Positions 27,681-37,199 of a stretch of 64,000 nt of DNA are shown here, in pieces. The notes below the pieces were generated by a model, which did not search any database, was not told where the DNA came from, and was given only the letters and a program-made list of their open reading frames with translations. Source of the DNA: Candidatus Latescibacterota bacterium (GTDB taxonomy: Bacteria > Latescibacterota > UBA2968 > UBA8231); assembly GCA_965221775.1 (NCBI GenBank), contig CBDCSU010000006.1, positions 672,001-736,000 on the forward strand. The letters run 5' to 3'. Position 1 is the stretch's first letter. Each line of letters begins with the position of its first letter. The translations under genes were made by a program, and so were the position numbers.

Positions 27681-29948
27681 GTGCCCGGACACGGCGCCCC
27701 GACCCGCTCTCGAACGAGGGCGGGTTTTTCCATACCCCTCTGGACCCTGCTGCTGGCCCTGCAGCCCCCGCCTCTGCTGGCCGGGGTCCTCGAGGGCCGG
27801 CTCCTCGACGGCGACGCGGGCGAGCCCGTGGCCGGCGCCCTCCTGACCCTGCGCTCCCCCTCGGGCGCGGTCCGTTCCACCCGCAGCGACTCGGCCGGCG
27901 CCTTCCGCCTCGAGGACCTGCCCTCCGGCGCCTGGGACCTGGCCGCGCGGCGGCTGGGCTACCGGCCGCTGCAGGCGCGCCTGCGCACCGGCGACGGCCT
28001 CACCGCCTTCGAGTGGCGCCTGGAGCCCCTGCCCCTGCTCATGGACGAGATGGTGGTCCGCGCCCGGCGCCACCCCGGCGGCGAGCCGGTGGCCGCCTTC
28101 GTCGAGACGATCTCCCTCGACGGCCGGCGCCCCGCGGGGGCGGACCTGGCCCAGACCCTGGACCGCGCCACCGGCGTCGACGTGCGCCGCTACGGGGGGC
28201 TCGGCAGCTTCAGCACCCTCTCGATCCGCGGCTCCACCTCGGAGCAGGTGCAGGTCTTCCTCGACGGGGTGCCCCTCAACCGGGCCGCCGGCGGCGGCGT
28301 CGACCTGGGGGGGCTGCCCATCGGCGGCCTGTCCAGCGTCGAGATCTACCGCGGGGCAGTGCCGGCGCGCTTCGGCGGCAACAGCCTCGGCGGCGTCGTC
28401 CACATGCGCACCCGGCCCCTCGGCAACGAGGTCCGCACGCGGCTGCGCACCGCCAGCGGCTCCTTCGGCACGCGCCAGCTCGGGGCGTCCATCGGCGGCC
28501 CCTGGAAGGAGTGGGAGTACCTCGGGTTGGTCGACTACAGCGCCAGCCGCAACGACTTCCGCTTCCTCGACGACAACGGCACCGAGTACAACGCCGGCGA
28601 CGACGACTGGGCGCGGCGGCTCAACAGCGACTTCCGCGGTCTGCGCGGCCTGGCCAAGGTCGGGCGCAATCTGGGCGCCGGCCGCCTGCAGATCCACAAC
28701 ACCTTCGACCTGGACAGCAAGGGCATCCCCGGCCTCGGCAACAACCAGTCCCTCCACACCCGCTACGGCACCCGGCGCCATATCGCCGAGGCCACCCTCT
28801 TCGGCCCGCTCCGCCACCGCGCCGGGTACCGGCTCCAGGCCCACCACTCCCTCTCCGAGGAGGAGTACCGGGACCTGCGGGGCGAGGTGGGCGTGGGCCG
28901 CCAGCACGACCGCAACCTCACCCGGAGCCTGGGCCTGCGGGGCGAGGTGAACGCCCTCCTCGGGGGCCGGTCCCTGGTCACCGCCTTCGGCGCCGCCCGG
29001 CGCGAGAGCTTCGCCCCCGGCGACCTGCTGCGGCCCGAGAGCCGGCTCCTGCGCAGCCGCCGCCGGGCCCTGGCCGCCGGCACCGAGGTGGAGCTCCCCC
29101 TGGGGCCGCGGCTGACCGTCAACGCCGGCACCCAGGCCGAAGCCCTGGACGACCGCTTCTTCGACCGCAAGGAGTTCGCCCCCAGCGACGTCCTGCCGAG
29201 CCGGGACAACGTCGAGGTGCTGTGGGGCTGGCGCATGGGGGGGAAGCTGGACCTCGGCGGAGGACTCGCCCTCAAGGCCCACCTCGGACGCTACCGGCGG
29301 GCCCCCAACTTCTTCGAGCTCTTCGGCGACCGCGGCGCCGTGATCGGCAACACCGGCCTCGTCAGCGAGCGGGGGCGCAACCGGGACCTGGGGCTGGTCT
29401 ACCGGCGCCGGGTGGATGGGCCGGGACTGGAACTGGCCGAGGCCGTGTACTACCGCAACCGGGTCGACGACCTCATCCGCTTCGTGCAGAACTCGCAGCG
29501 CGTCTCGAGGCCCCACAACATGGGCGGGGCCCTGCTGCGCGGGCTGGAGACACGGGTGCAGGCGAAGCTGCGGCCGTGGCTGTCGGTCCGCGGCCACTAC
29601 GCGTACCAGCGCGCCGAGAACCGCACTCCCCTCTCCTTCGAGCGCGGCAACGACCTGCCCAACGCGCCGCGCCACCGGCTCCACGGGCGCGCCGACCTCG
29701 ACCTGGGACGCGCCGGGCTCCACGGCGAGATCAGCCGCGAGAGCCGCCACTTCCTCGACCGCGCCAACCTGCGGACCGTGCCCGTGCGCGCCCTCTACAA
29801 CCTGGGCGGCAGCCTGCCCCTGGCGCAGGGCCTCTCCCTCTCCCTGGAGCTGCGCAACCTGACCGACGACCAGATAGCCGACCTGTGGGGCTACCCGCTC
29901 CCGGGCCGCTTCTACGGACTCTCCATGCACTATGCCACGAACCCCTAG
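27681..29948 (+). CDS. btuB: TonB-dependent receptor, BtuB-like (N-terminal carboxypeptidase-regulatory-like domain)
   Basis: Plug SIRGSTSEQVQVFLDGVPLN, VEIYRG, GGVV; NLTD..YPLPGR C-terminus; riboswitch context. Confidence 0.85.
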   Translation: MPGHGAPTRSRTRAGFSIPLWTLLLALQPPPLLAGVLEGRLLDGDAGEPVAGALLTLRSPSGAVRSTRSDSAGAFRLEDLPSGAWDLAARRLGYRPLQARLRTGDGLTAFEWRLEPLPLLMDEMVVRARRHPGGEPVAAFVETISLDGRRPAGADLAQTLDRATGVDVRRYGGLGSFSTLSIRGSTSEQVQVFLDGVPLNRAAGGGVDLGGLPIGGLSSVEIYRGAVPARFGGNSLGGVVHMRTRPLGNEVRTRLRTASGSFGTRQLGASIGGPWKEWEYLGLVDYSASRNDFRFLDDNGTEYNAGDDDWARRLNSDFRGLRGLAKVGRNLGAGRLQIHNTFDLDSKGIPGLGNNQSLHTRYGTRRHIAEATLFGPLRHRAGYRLQAHHSLSEEEYRDLRGEVGVGRQHDRNLTRSLGLRGEVNALLGGRSLVTAFGAARRESFAPGDLLRPESRLLRSRRRALAAGTEVELPLGPRLTVNAGTQAEALDDRFFDRKEFAPSDVLPSRDNVEVLWGWRMGGKLDLGGGLALKAHLGRYRRAPNFFELFGDRGAVIGNTGLVSERGRNRDLGLVYRRRVDGPGLELAEAVYYRNRVDDLIRFVQNSQRVSRPHNMGGALLRGLETRVQAKLRPWLSVRGHYAYQRAENRTPLSFERGNDLPNAPRHRLHGRADLDLGRAGLHGEISRESRHFLDRANLRTVPVRALYNLGGSLPLAQGLSLSLELRNLTDDQIADLWGYPLPGRFYGLSMHYATNP

Positions 29949-29967
29949 ACAGAAAGGCAGAACCCCC

Positions 29968-31371
29968 GTGTACCGGCTCTCTCTCGCCGCCGCTCTCCTG
30001 CTGACGGCGATCCCGTCGTCGGCCCAGAGTGACCTCTTCGTCGTCACCACCGACTTCTCCACCGGCAGCGCCGCCTTCCTGGCCGCCGGCGCCGCCGAGG
30101 CCGAGGTCAACCTGCTCGGCCTTCACTCCGACGCCGTGGCGCACTACCACGATGGCCGCGTCTACGTCGTCAACCGCCTCGGGCAGGACAACATCCTGGT
30201 GCTCGACGAGACCGACCTGCGCACGCCCCTGACCCAGTTCTCGGTGGGCAACGGGACCAACCCGCACGACATCGAGATCGTCGCCCCCGACAGGGCCTAC
30301 GTGACCCGCTACGACGCCGCGTCCCTGCTGATCGTCGATCCCCGGGACGGGACGCAGCTCGGGGAGATCGATCTGGGCGCCTTCGCCGACGGCGACGGCC
30401 TGCCCGAGATCTCGGGGATCGTGCGCGTCGGCGACCGCCTCTACCTGAGCTGCCAGCGCCTCGACCGCGACGGCGGCTGGGGTCCGGTGGACGTGAGCTA
30501 CCTAATCGTCGTCGACCTAGCCACCGACACCGTCGTCGACGTGGACCCCGAGACCGAGGGCGTGCAGGGCATCGCCCTGAGCGCGGCCAATCCCAACAGC
30601 CTGGCCGTCTTCGGCGAGCGCATCGCCGTGGGGGTGGTGGTCAACTTCGGAGACCGAGCTGGAGGGGTTGAGATCGTCGATGCGGCCGCCAACCGCAGCC
30701 TGGGCCTGGCCGTGAGCGAGGAGGACCTGGGCGGCGACATCACCTCCATGGTCCTCGTCGACGGAAGCCGGGGCTACGCCGTGGTGGCCGACGAGAACTT
30801 CGCCAACAGCGTGCGGCCCTTCGATCTGTCCAGCGGCGAGGTGGGCCCGCCCCTGGAGAGCACCAGCGGCGGCTTCATCCCCCACCTCGCCGTGGACGGC
30901 GGCCGCCTCATCGTCGCCGACCGCGGCAGCTGGGACGACCCGGACGCCGCCGGGCTCAAGCTCTACGACGCGGCCTCGGGCGCCTTCCTGGCCGGGCCCG
31001 TCAACACCGGTCTGCCGCCGATGCACGTCGTCGTCCTGAGCGACGCGGCTCCCACGGCCGTGGAGGAGATCGCCGACAGCGGCCGGCCCCGGGCCTTCGC
31101 CCTCGAGGCCGCCTGGCCCAATCCCTTCAACGCCTCCGTGCACATACCCCTTTCCGTGGACAACTCCAACATCCCGGTCGAGTTGACCGTCCACGACCTG
31201 CTGGGCCGCACCGTCCGCACCCTGGCCCTCGGCCCCGCGGCGGCCGGTCGGCACGTCTACCGATGGGACGGCCGCGACGACGCCGGCGAGCCGGTGGGCA
31301 ACGGCGCCTACCTGGTCCACCTGCGCGCCGGCGGGCAGCGGGCGGCGGGCAAGGTGATGCTGATCAAGTAG
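29968..31371 (+). CDS. YncE/BtuG-like beta-propeller with C-terminal FlgD-Ig domain
   Basis: Signal peptide; YVVNR, NPHDI..AYVTRY, IDL..FAD.DG.PE; WPNPFNAS..WDGRD..G.Y C-terminal domain. Confidence 0.75.
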   Translation: MYRLSLAAALLLTAIPSSAQSDLFVVTTDFSTGSAAFLAAGAAEAEVNLLGLHSDAVAHYHDGRVYVVNRLGQDNILVLDETDLRTPLTQFSVGNGTNPHDIEIVAPDRAYVTRYDAASLLIVDPRDGTQLGEIDLGAFADGDGLPEISGIVRVGDRLYLSCQRLDRDGGWGPVDVSYLIVVDLATDTVVDVDPETEGVQGIALSAANPNSLAVFGERIAVGVVVNFGDRAGGVEIVDAAANRSLGLAVSEEDLGGDITSMVLVDGSRGYAVVADENFANSVRPFDLSSGEVGPPLESTSGGFIPHLAVDGGRLIVADRGSWDDPDAAGLKLYDAASGAFLAGPVNTGLPPMHVVVLSDAAPTAVEEIADSGRPRAFALEAAWPNPFNASVHIPLSVDNSNIPVELTVHDLLGRTVRTLALGPAAAGRHVYRWDGRDDAGEPVGNGAYLVHLRAGGQRAAGKVMLIK

Positions 31372-31392
31372 AAGGAGGAGACAACAACCGCC

Positions 31393-31974
31393 ATGGTCAC
31401 TCTGTCGAAGCTCTACACGAAGACGGGCGACGGCGGCATGACGCGTCTCGGCGACATGTCGCAGGTGCCCAAGACGAGCCCCCGCATCGCCGCCTACGGG
31501 TGCGTGGACGAGCTGAACTCGGTCATCGGCCTGGCCCGGTGCAGCAGCGCCGGGCCCGACGAGGTCCTCGCCCGGGTGCAGAACGACCTCTTCGACCTGG
31601 GAGCCGACTTGTGCGTGCCGCAGGCCGAGGGCGAGGAGGAGCGCCTGCGGGTGCAGCCGGGGCAGGTCCTCTACCTGGAGGAGCGGATCGACGAGATCAC
31701 CCGCGACCTGGCTCCCCTGCGCAGCTTCGTCCTGCCCGGGGGGCGGGTCCCGGCGGCCTGGCTGCACCTGGCGCGGACCGTGTGCCGGCGGGCCGAGCGC
31801 GCCGCCTGGCAGCTGGCGGAGCAGGAGCCGGTGGGCGAGCCGGTCCTGCTGTATCTCAACCGGCTCTCGGACCTGCTCTTCGCCATGGCCCGCGCCGCCA
31901 ACGACGGCGGCGAGGCGGACGTGCTGTGGGAGCCGGGGGCGGGCGCCGGCGGAGAGCCGGCGGAGGAGGGGTAG
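31393..31974 (+). CDS. pduO: PduO-type cob(I)alamin adenosyltransferase
   Basis: KLYTKTGDGG.T, AYG.VDELNS, QNDLFDLGADL, FVLPGG, RTVCRRAER, YLNRLSDLLF. Confidence 0.92.
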   Translation: MVTLSKLYTKTGDGGMTRLGDMSQVPKTSPRIAAYGCVDELNSVIGLARCSSAGPDEVLARVQNDLFDLGADLCVPQAEGEEERLRVQPGQVLYLEERIDEITRDLAPLRSFVLPGGRVPAAWLHLARTVCRRAERAAWQLAEQEPVGEPVLLYLNRLSDLLFAMARAANDGGEADVLWEPGAGAGGEPAEEG

Positions 31975-31978
31975 CGGG

Positions 31979-33136
31979 GTGCGAAGGATGTTCCTGCTGG
32001 GCTGGATCCTCATCGGCGCACCGGCGGCGGTCCCCGGCGAATGCGTCGACACCTTCGACCCGGAGGCGGACTACTTCCCGCGCAAGGCGGAGCTGCGCCA
32101 CGCCGAGAGCTTCGCCGTCGAGTACTTCGGCCACTACAAGCGGGTCACCGTGCACACCCCTTGGCCCGGGGCCGAGGAGCCCGTGCACTACCTGCTGGTG
32201 CAGTGCGGCACCCCGGAGCCGGAGGGCCACGAGGGAATCCCCCGGATCACGGTGCCCGTGCGCCGCTTCGCGGCGCTGTCCACGACGCAGCTTCCGCACC
32301 TCGAGCTGCTGGACCTCCTCGAGAGCCTGGTCGCGGTCAGCGACATCGGGATGGTCCACTCCCCCGGGGTGAACCAGCGCTTCGCCGACGGCGCCATCGC
32401 CGAGATCGGCCACGGCGCCGGGGTCAATCTCGAGGTGGTGCTGGAACTGGAGACCGATCTGGTCATGACCGTCGCCTCGGCCCAGAGCCGCTACAACGCC
32501 CACCCGGTCCTGCGGCAGGCGGGCGTGGCCGTGGCCATCAATGCCGAGTACACCGAGCCCACCCTCCTCGGCCGCAGCGAGTGGCTCAAGTTCACCGCCG
32601 CCTTCTTCAACGCCGAGGCCCTGGCGGAGGAGCGCTTCGCCGAGATCGAGGCCCGCTACCGGCGCTACGCGGACCTGGTGCGGGACGTGCCCGCCGACGA
32701 GCGCCCCTCCGTCTTCGGCGGCTCCCTGTGGCGCGACACCTGGCACGTGGCCGGCGGCCGCAGCTACCCGGCGCAGCTCATCGCCGACGCCGGCGGCCGC
32801 TACCTGTGGGCCGGCGACGACTCCCGCGAGAGCCTGCCCCTCGACTTCGAGGCCGTGTACGAGAAGGCCCACGCCGCCGACTTCTGGCTGACCATGCGCA
32901 ACGAGTGGCTGTCGCTGGCCGACGTGCGCGCCTCCGACGAGCGCTACGCGGCCTTCGCGGCCTTCGACGAGGGCCGGGTCTACAACGCCAACGCCCGGCT
33001 CAACGAGCACGGCGGCAACGACTACTGGGAGCGGGGCATCTCCGAGCCCGACCTGGTGCTGGCCGACTTCATCCGCATCCTTCATCCCGACCGCCTGCCC
33101 GACCACACCCTGCACTTCTACCGGAGGCTGGAGTGA
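31979..33136 (+). CDS. ABC transporter substrate-binding protein (Fe/B12 family, BtuF-like)
   Basis: EYTEPTLLGRSEWLKF, LIADAGG, YWE.G..PDLVLAD..ILHPD. Confidence 0.88.
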   Translation: MRRMFLLGWILIGAPAAVPGECVDTFDPEADYFPRKAELRHAESFAVEYFGHYKRVTVHTPWPGAEEPVHYLLVQCGTPEPEGHEGIPRITVPVRRFAALSTTQLPHLELLDLLESLVAVSDIGMVHSPGVNQRFADGAIAEIGHGAGVNLEVVLELETDLVMTVASAQSRYNAHPVLRQAGVAVAINAEYTEPTLLGRSEWLKFTAAFFNAEALAEERFAEIEARYRRYADLVRDVPADERPSVFGGSLWRDTWHVAGGRSYPAQLIADAGGRYLWAGDDSRESLPLDFEAVYEKAHAADFWLTMRNEWLSLADVRASDERYAAFAAFDEGRVYNANARLNEHGGNDYWERGISEPDLVLADFIRILHPDRLPDHTLHFYRRLE

Positions 33137-33213
33137 GCCCCGTGCCGGCCTCCTCCGCCGCGGCCGACGCTGGCCATGGCCCCGACCGGTTCCGCGCCGG
33201 CGCCTCCGCCCCC

Positions 33214-34728
33214 TCAGCCTCGGGTCCCGTCTTCCGCCGCATCCCGGACCGCCGCTTCCATGGCGGCGATTTCCGCGTCGTCCAGCTCGGGGAACCGCTG
33301 CCGTTTCGCCGCCGAAAGCCGGCCTTCATTCTGCATGCAGAGGCGCACGAACAGGGAGGCCCGGCGGTCCGGCATGTCGACGATCCCGCGCACTGCTTCG
33401 AAGGCGCGGTCGAAGACGGCGATGAATGCAAGTTCCTCCTTGAGATCGCGGCGGACCGTGTCGGCCACGCGGTCGTACAGGTACTCCGCGAAGGCGGTGG
33501 CGTCGAAGTAGCGGTAGAGATGGGCCGTTTCGTTGCCGACGGCGATTTCCCGCCCTGCCGTCCAGTGCCACTGGATGAACTCGAGAATCGGCCGCGAGAA
33601 GGTCTCGAGCACCTCTTCGTAGCTGCGCTGATCGCGGAGAATGGCCGCGGAGACGGGAAAGACGACCCCGGGCGGACTGTACCCCCGCCTGGCGAGAACG
33701 TGATGTACCAGGAAGCGGTGGATGCGGCCGTTCCCGTCCTCGAAGGGATGGATGAAGACGAAGGCGAAGGCGCAGACCGCGGCCGCCACCACGGGATCGA
33801 CCCCCCCCTCGACAACGCGCCGGGTCAATCTCGTCCAGGCCTGCATGAGGTCGACCACGTCCTCGGGGCGCGGGCAGATGAAGTGCACCTCCTCGCGGTA
33901 CTCCCCCACGGTCGAGCCGACGAAGTTCTGCAAATCGCGCCAGCCGCTGGCCGCGTACCGGGGGTCGACGATCTCCCCCTGCAGGCGAACCAGGGCGGCC
34001 GCGTCGGCCGGGTCGAAGTCCGGCGCCTCCTTGAGGGCGGCGACGAAGCGCTCGCTGCGCCGGGCGCCCGGGGTCTCTCCTTCGATGGCGAAGGAGGAGC
34101 GCGTCTCCTTGGTGTAGAGGTAGTTGACGGCCCGGCCGAGGATGACCGGGTCGCAGCTCTCGATGAGCGCGCGCCCCTCCCGACCCACCTGCATGCCGAT
34201 CTGCTCCGTCAGCCTCGGCGTGCGGCGGACCGTGGGGCAGAGACCGGGACCGCCGAGAAGGTTGTCGGCCACGCGGTGGCGCGGGGAATTGCGGCGTACG
34301 GCGACGATGTGCCTGCCGGGATCGAGGGCCATGACGTAGTTGCCGGCGCGGACGTCCTCCAGGTCCAGAGTCCGCCCGGTGAAGGTCTCGTAGAAGAACC
34401 AGGCGCGCCGGCTGAAGGCGCCCGTGGGTTCCCTCCTTGCCCAGGCCTCCAGCTCGGCCGGCTCGACGGCCTGGAGGGCGGCGACCAGGACCCCGAGATC
34501 GACCGGCTCATGGCGCAGGGCGAAACGGAGATGGGCCGCGATGGAACCGTCCGCGGCGTACTGGCGCGGATACCGCTCCACGATTCGCGAGCCGTGCACC
34601 TCGGTTTGCCGCGCGCCGGCTCCGACGTAGCTCTCTACCGCCGGCGCGGGGACGGCCAGGTTCAGCTCGCTCCTCAGCCAGGCCTGGCCGATGGGGTTCC
34701 ATTTTTCCTTACCCACGGGAATCTCCAT
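33214..34728 (-). CDS. Fic family protein (504 aa)
   Basis: Canonical HPFEDGNGRIHR Fic motif; YLYTKETRSSFAIE. Confidence 0.92.
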   Translation of the reverse strand: MEIPVGKEKWNPIGQAWLRSELNLAVPAPAVESYVGAGARQTEVHGSRIVERYPRQYAADGSIAAHLRFALRHEPVDLGVLVAALQAVEPAELEAWARREPTGAFSRRAWFFYETFTGRTLDLEDVRAGNYVMALDPGRHIVAVRRNSPRHRVADNLLGGPGLCPTVRRTPRLTEQIGMQVGREGRALIESCDPVILGRAVNYLYTKETRSSFAIEGETPGARRSERFVAALKEAPDFDPADAAALVRLQGEIVDPRYAASGWRDLQNFVGSTVGEYREEVHFICPRPEDVVDLMQAWTRLTRRVVEGGVDPVVAAAVCAFAFVFIHPFEDGNGRIHRFLVHHVLARRGYSPPGVVFPVSAAILRDQRSYEEVLETFSRPILEFIQWHWTAGREIAVGNETAHLYRYFDATAFAEYLYDRVADTVRRDLKEELAFIAVFDRAFEAVRGIVDMPDRRASLFVRLCMQNEGRLSAAKRQRFPELDDAEIAAMEAAVRDAAEDGTRG

Positions 34729-34859
34729 CCGAGAACGCTTATGGTCGTGGAAATAGGATTAGAATAGGCCGTTGGTGTTCAATTATCAATTATTCCGCTA
34801 GTCACGGGGATTCGCCACCCAAACCGGTTATCGTCGTGCAAAAGGGGTTACAAGAGGAC

Positions 34860-35969
34860 GTGGACGTTCAATTGCCACTAGAGATCCGGCCATCGGAACG
34901 GCCGGCCGACAGCCCCCCCTGGCCCCGCCTCGGCGCCCGCCGGGGGCTCTTCCCGGCCCTGGCGGCGGCCCTGCTCGGCCTGTTGGCCCTCAGCCTCGGC
35001 TTCGGGTCGGTCTCCATCCCCCTCGACGCGGTGGTCGCCATCCTCTGGGACGGGACCGGCCAGAAGGAGAGCTGGACCCACATCGTCCACGACATCCGCC
35101 TGCCCCGGGCCCTCACGGCGGTCCTGGCCGGCGCCGCCCTGAGCGCCGGCGGCCTGCAGATGCAGACCCTGTTCCGCAACCCCCTGGCCGACCCCTTCAT
35201 CCTCGGCATCAGCGCCGGCGCCAGCCTCGGGGTGGCCCTGGTCGTCCTGGGCACCGGCGTCACCGGGGGCGGACTCCTCGCCGGGCTCGGGTTCCTCGGC
35301 CAGGCCGGAGTGGTGGCCGCCGCCGTGGCCGGAGCGGGGCTGGTCCTCGGCCTCGTGCTGCTCGTGGGCCGGCGCCTGGAGCACGCCATGACCCTGCTCA
35401 TCCTCGGCCTCATGTTCGGCTACCTGACCGCCGCCCTGGTGAGCGTCCTCCTCTACTTCAGCATCCCCGAGCAGGTGCAGACCTACGTCTTGTGGACCTT
35501 CGGCAGCTTCGGCGCCGTCACCTGGGGCCAGCTCGCCGTGCTGGCGCCGGTGGTGCTCGCCGGCCTGGCCATCGCCGGCCTGCTGGTGAAGCCCCTCAAC
35601 GCCCTCCTCCTCGGCGAGACGTATGCGCGCAGCATGGGCCTGGAGGCGCGGCGGGCGCGGCTGTGGATCATCGCCAGCGCCGCCCTGCTGGCCGGGGCGG
35701 TGACCGCCTATTGCGGCCCCATCGGCTTCGTGGGGGTGGCGGTGCCGCACCTGTGCCGCGCCCTCTTCAACACCTCCGACCACCGGGTGCTGCTGCCGGC
35801 CACCCTGATCCTGGGCGCCATGCTGGCCCTGGGCGCCGACCTGGCGGCGCGCCTTCCCGGCAGCCAGGCCACCCTGCCCCTCAACGCCGTGACCGCCCTC
35901 ATCGGCGCCCCCGTGGTCACCTGGATCATCCTGCGCCGCCGCACCCTGCGGCAGGCCTTCGCCGCCTGA
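34860..35969 (+). CDS. btuC: FecCD/BtuC family ABC permease
   Basis: IRLPR, QTLFRNPLADP.ILG.S.GA, LLGE.YARSMG, GPIGFVG..VPH; start uncertain. Confidence 0.88.
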   Translation: MDVQLPLEIRPSERPADSPPWPRLGARRGLFPALAAALLGLLALSLGFGSVSIPLDAVVAILWDGTGQKESWTHIVHDIRLPRALTAVLAGAALSAGGLQMQTLFRNPLADPFILGISAGASLGVALVVLGTGVTGGGLLAGLGFLGQAGVVAAAVAGAGLVLGLVLLVGRRLEHAMTLLILGLMFGYLTAALVSVLLYFSIPEQVQTYVLWTFGSFGAVTWGQLAVLAPVVLAGLAIAGLLVKPLNALLLGETYARSMGLEARRARLWIIASAALLAGAVTAYCGPIGFVGVAVPHLCRALFNTSDHRVLLPATLILGAMLALGADLAARLPGSQATLPLNAVTALIGAPVVTWIILRRRTLRQAFAA

Positions 35970-35974
35970 ACGCC

Positions 35975-37030
35975 GTGGGCGCGGCCATCCTGCAGACCCG
36001 GGCCCTGGGCATCGGCTACGCGCCCCGGCGGCGGCCCCGGGTGGAGGTGGCCGCCGACCTCGGCGTGGAGCTGCACGCGGGGGAGCTGGTCTGCCTGCTG
36101 GGCCCCAACGGCGCCGGCAAGTCCACCCTCCTGCGCACCCTGGCCGGCCTGCAGAAGCCGCTCTCGGGCGAGGTCCTCCTCCACGGCCGCGACCTCCACG
36201 CCCTGGGCGAGGCGGAGCGGGCCCGCCATCTCGGGCTGGTCCTGACCGAGCGGGTGGACACGGGCAACCTGTCGGCCTATGCCCTGGCGGCGCTGGGGCG
36301 CTACCCCTACACCGGCTGGGACGGCCGCCTGTCGCCTGAGGACGAGGAGGTGGTGCGCTGGGCCATGGAAGCGGTGGGGGCTCGGGAGCTGGCGGCGCGT
36401 GGCGTCGGCGAGCTGAGCGACGGCGAGCGCCAGAAGGTGACCATCGCCCGGGCCCTGGCCCAGGAGCCGGCGGTCCTCCTCCTCGACGAGCCCACGGCCT
36501 ACCTCGACCTGCCGAGGCGGGTGGAGATCGTGCAGCTCCTGCGGCGCCTGGCCGGCGGGGGAGACCGTGCCGTGCTGCTCTCCACCCACGACCTCGACCT
36601 GGCCCTGCGCAGCGCCGACCGCCTGTGGCTGCTGCCGCCGGGGGGGCCGCTGCAGACCGGGGCTCCGGAGGACCTGGTGCTGAGTGGGGCCTTCCAACAG
36701 ACCTTCGGCGACTTCGACCCGGCCACCGGGTCCTTCCGCCTGGACCCGGAGCCGGAGGGCGAGGTCGGCCTGGAGGGCGAGGGGCTCCCGGCCCGGTGGA
36801 CGGCCCGCGCCCTGGAGCGGGCCGGCTTCCGCGTCGACCCCGGGCGCGAGAGACCGCCCCGCGTCGAGATCCTCGGCAACGGCGACGGGACCTCCTGGCG
36901 GTTGCACACGGCCGCGGGCCCGCGCCTCTGCGCCAGCCTCCACGAGGTGGTCGGCCACTTGCGGGGTCACCAGGCCGAAGCCGAAACCACCCTCGAGGAT
37001 GCCCGGGCCCCTAGTGAGTTCAAAATTTGA
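35975..37030 (+). CDS. btuD: ABC transporter ATP-binding protein (BtuD/FepC-like)
   Basis: GPNGAGKST, LSDGERQK, LLDEPT, STHD. Confidence 0.88.
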   Translation: MGAAILQTRALGIGYAPRRRPRVEVAADLGVELHAGELVCLLGPNGAGKSTLLRTLAGLQKPLSGEVLLHGRDLHALGEAERARHLGLVLTERVDTGNLSAYALAALGRYPYTGWDGRLSPEDEEVVRWAMEAVGARELAARGVGELSDGERQKVTIARALAQEPAVLLLDEPTAYLDLPRRVEIVQLLRRLAGGGDRAVLLSTHDLDLALRSADRLWLLPPGGPLQTGAPEDLVLSGAFQQTFGDFDPATGSFRLDPEPEGEVGLEGEGLPARWTARALERAGFRVDPGRERPPRVEILGNGDGTSWRLHTAAGPRLCASLHEVVGHLRGHQAEAETTLEDARAPSEFKI

Positions 37031-37037
37031 ACCCACT
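37013..37037. promoter_or_regulatory. AT-rich 25-bp palindrome
   Basis: AGTGAGTTCAAA-A-TTTGAACCCACT (one mismatch) overlapping the btuD stop. Confidence 0.5.
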
Positions 37038-37199
37038 TTGCGCATCTCTTGGACGTGGGGCCGCGTCCTTCGGACGTGCGCGGCCATCCTCGCCTGGATG
37101 ACGTCGATCCTCGCCTAAGGTGCAGGTCATCGCAGAGCAGGTGGCAAGCCTTGTGGCTGAGGGGCGGAAGTGAACGACTACCCGATGACGGAGTCCGCC

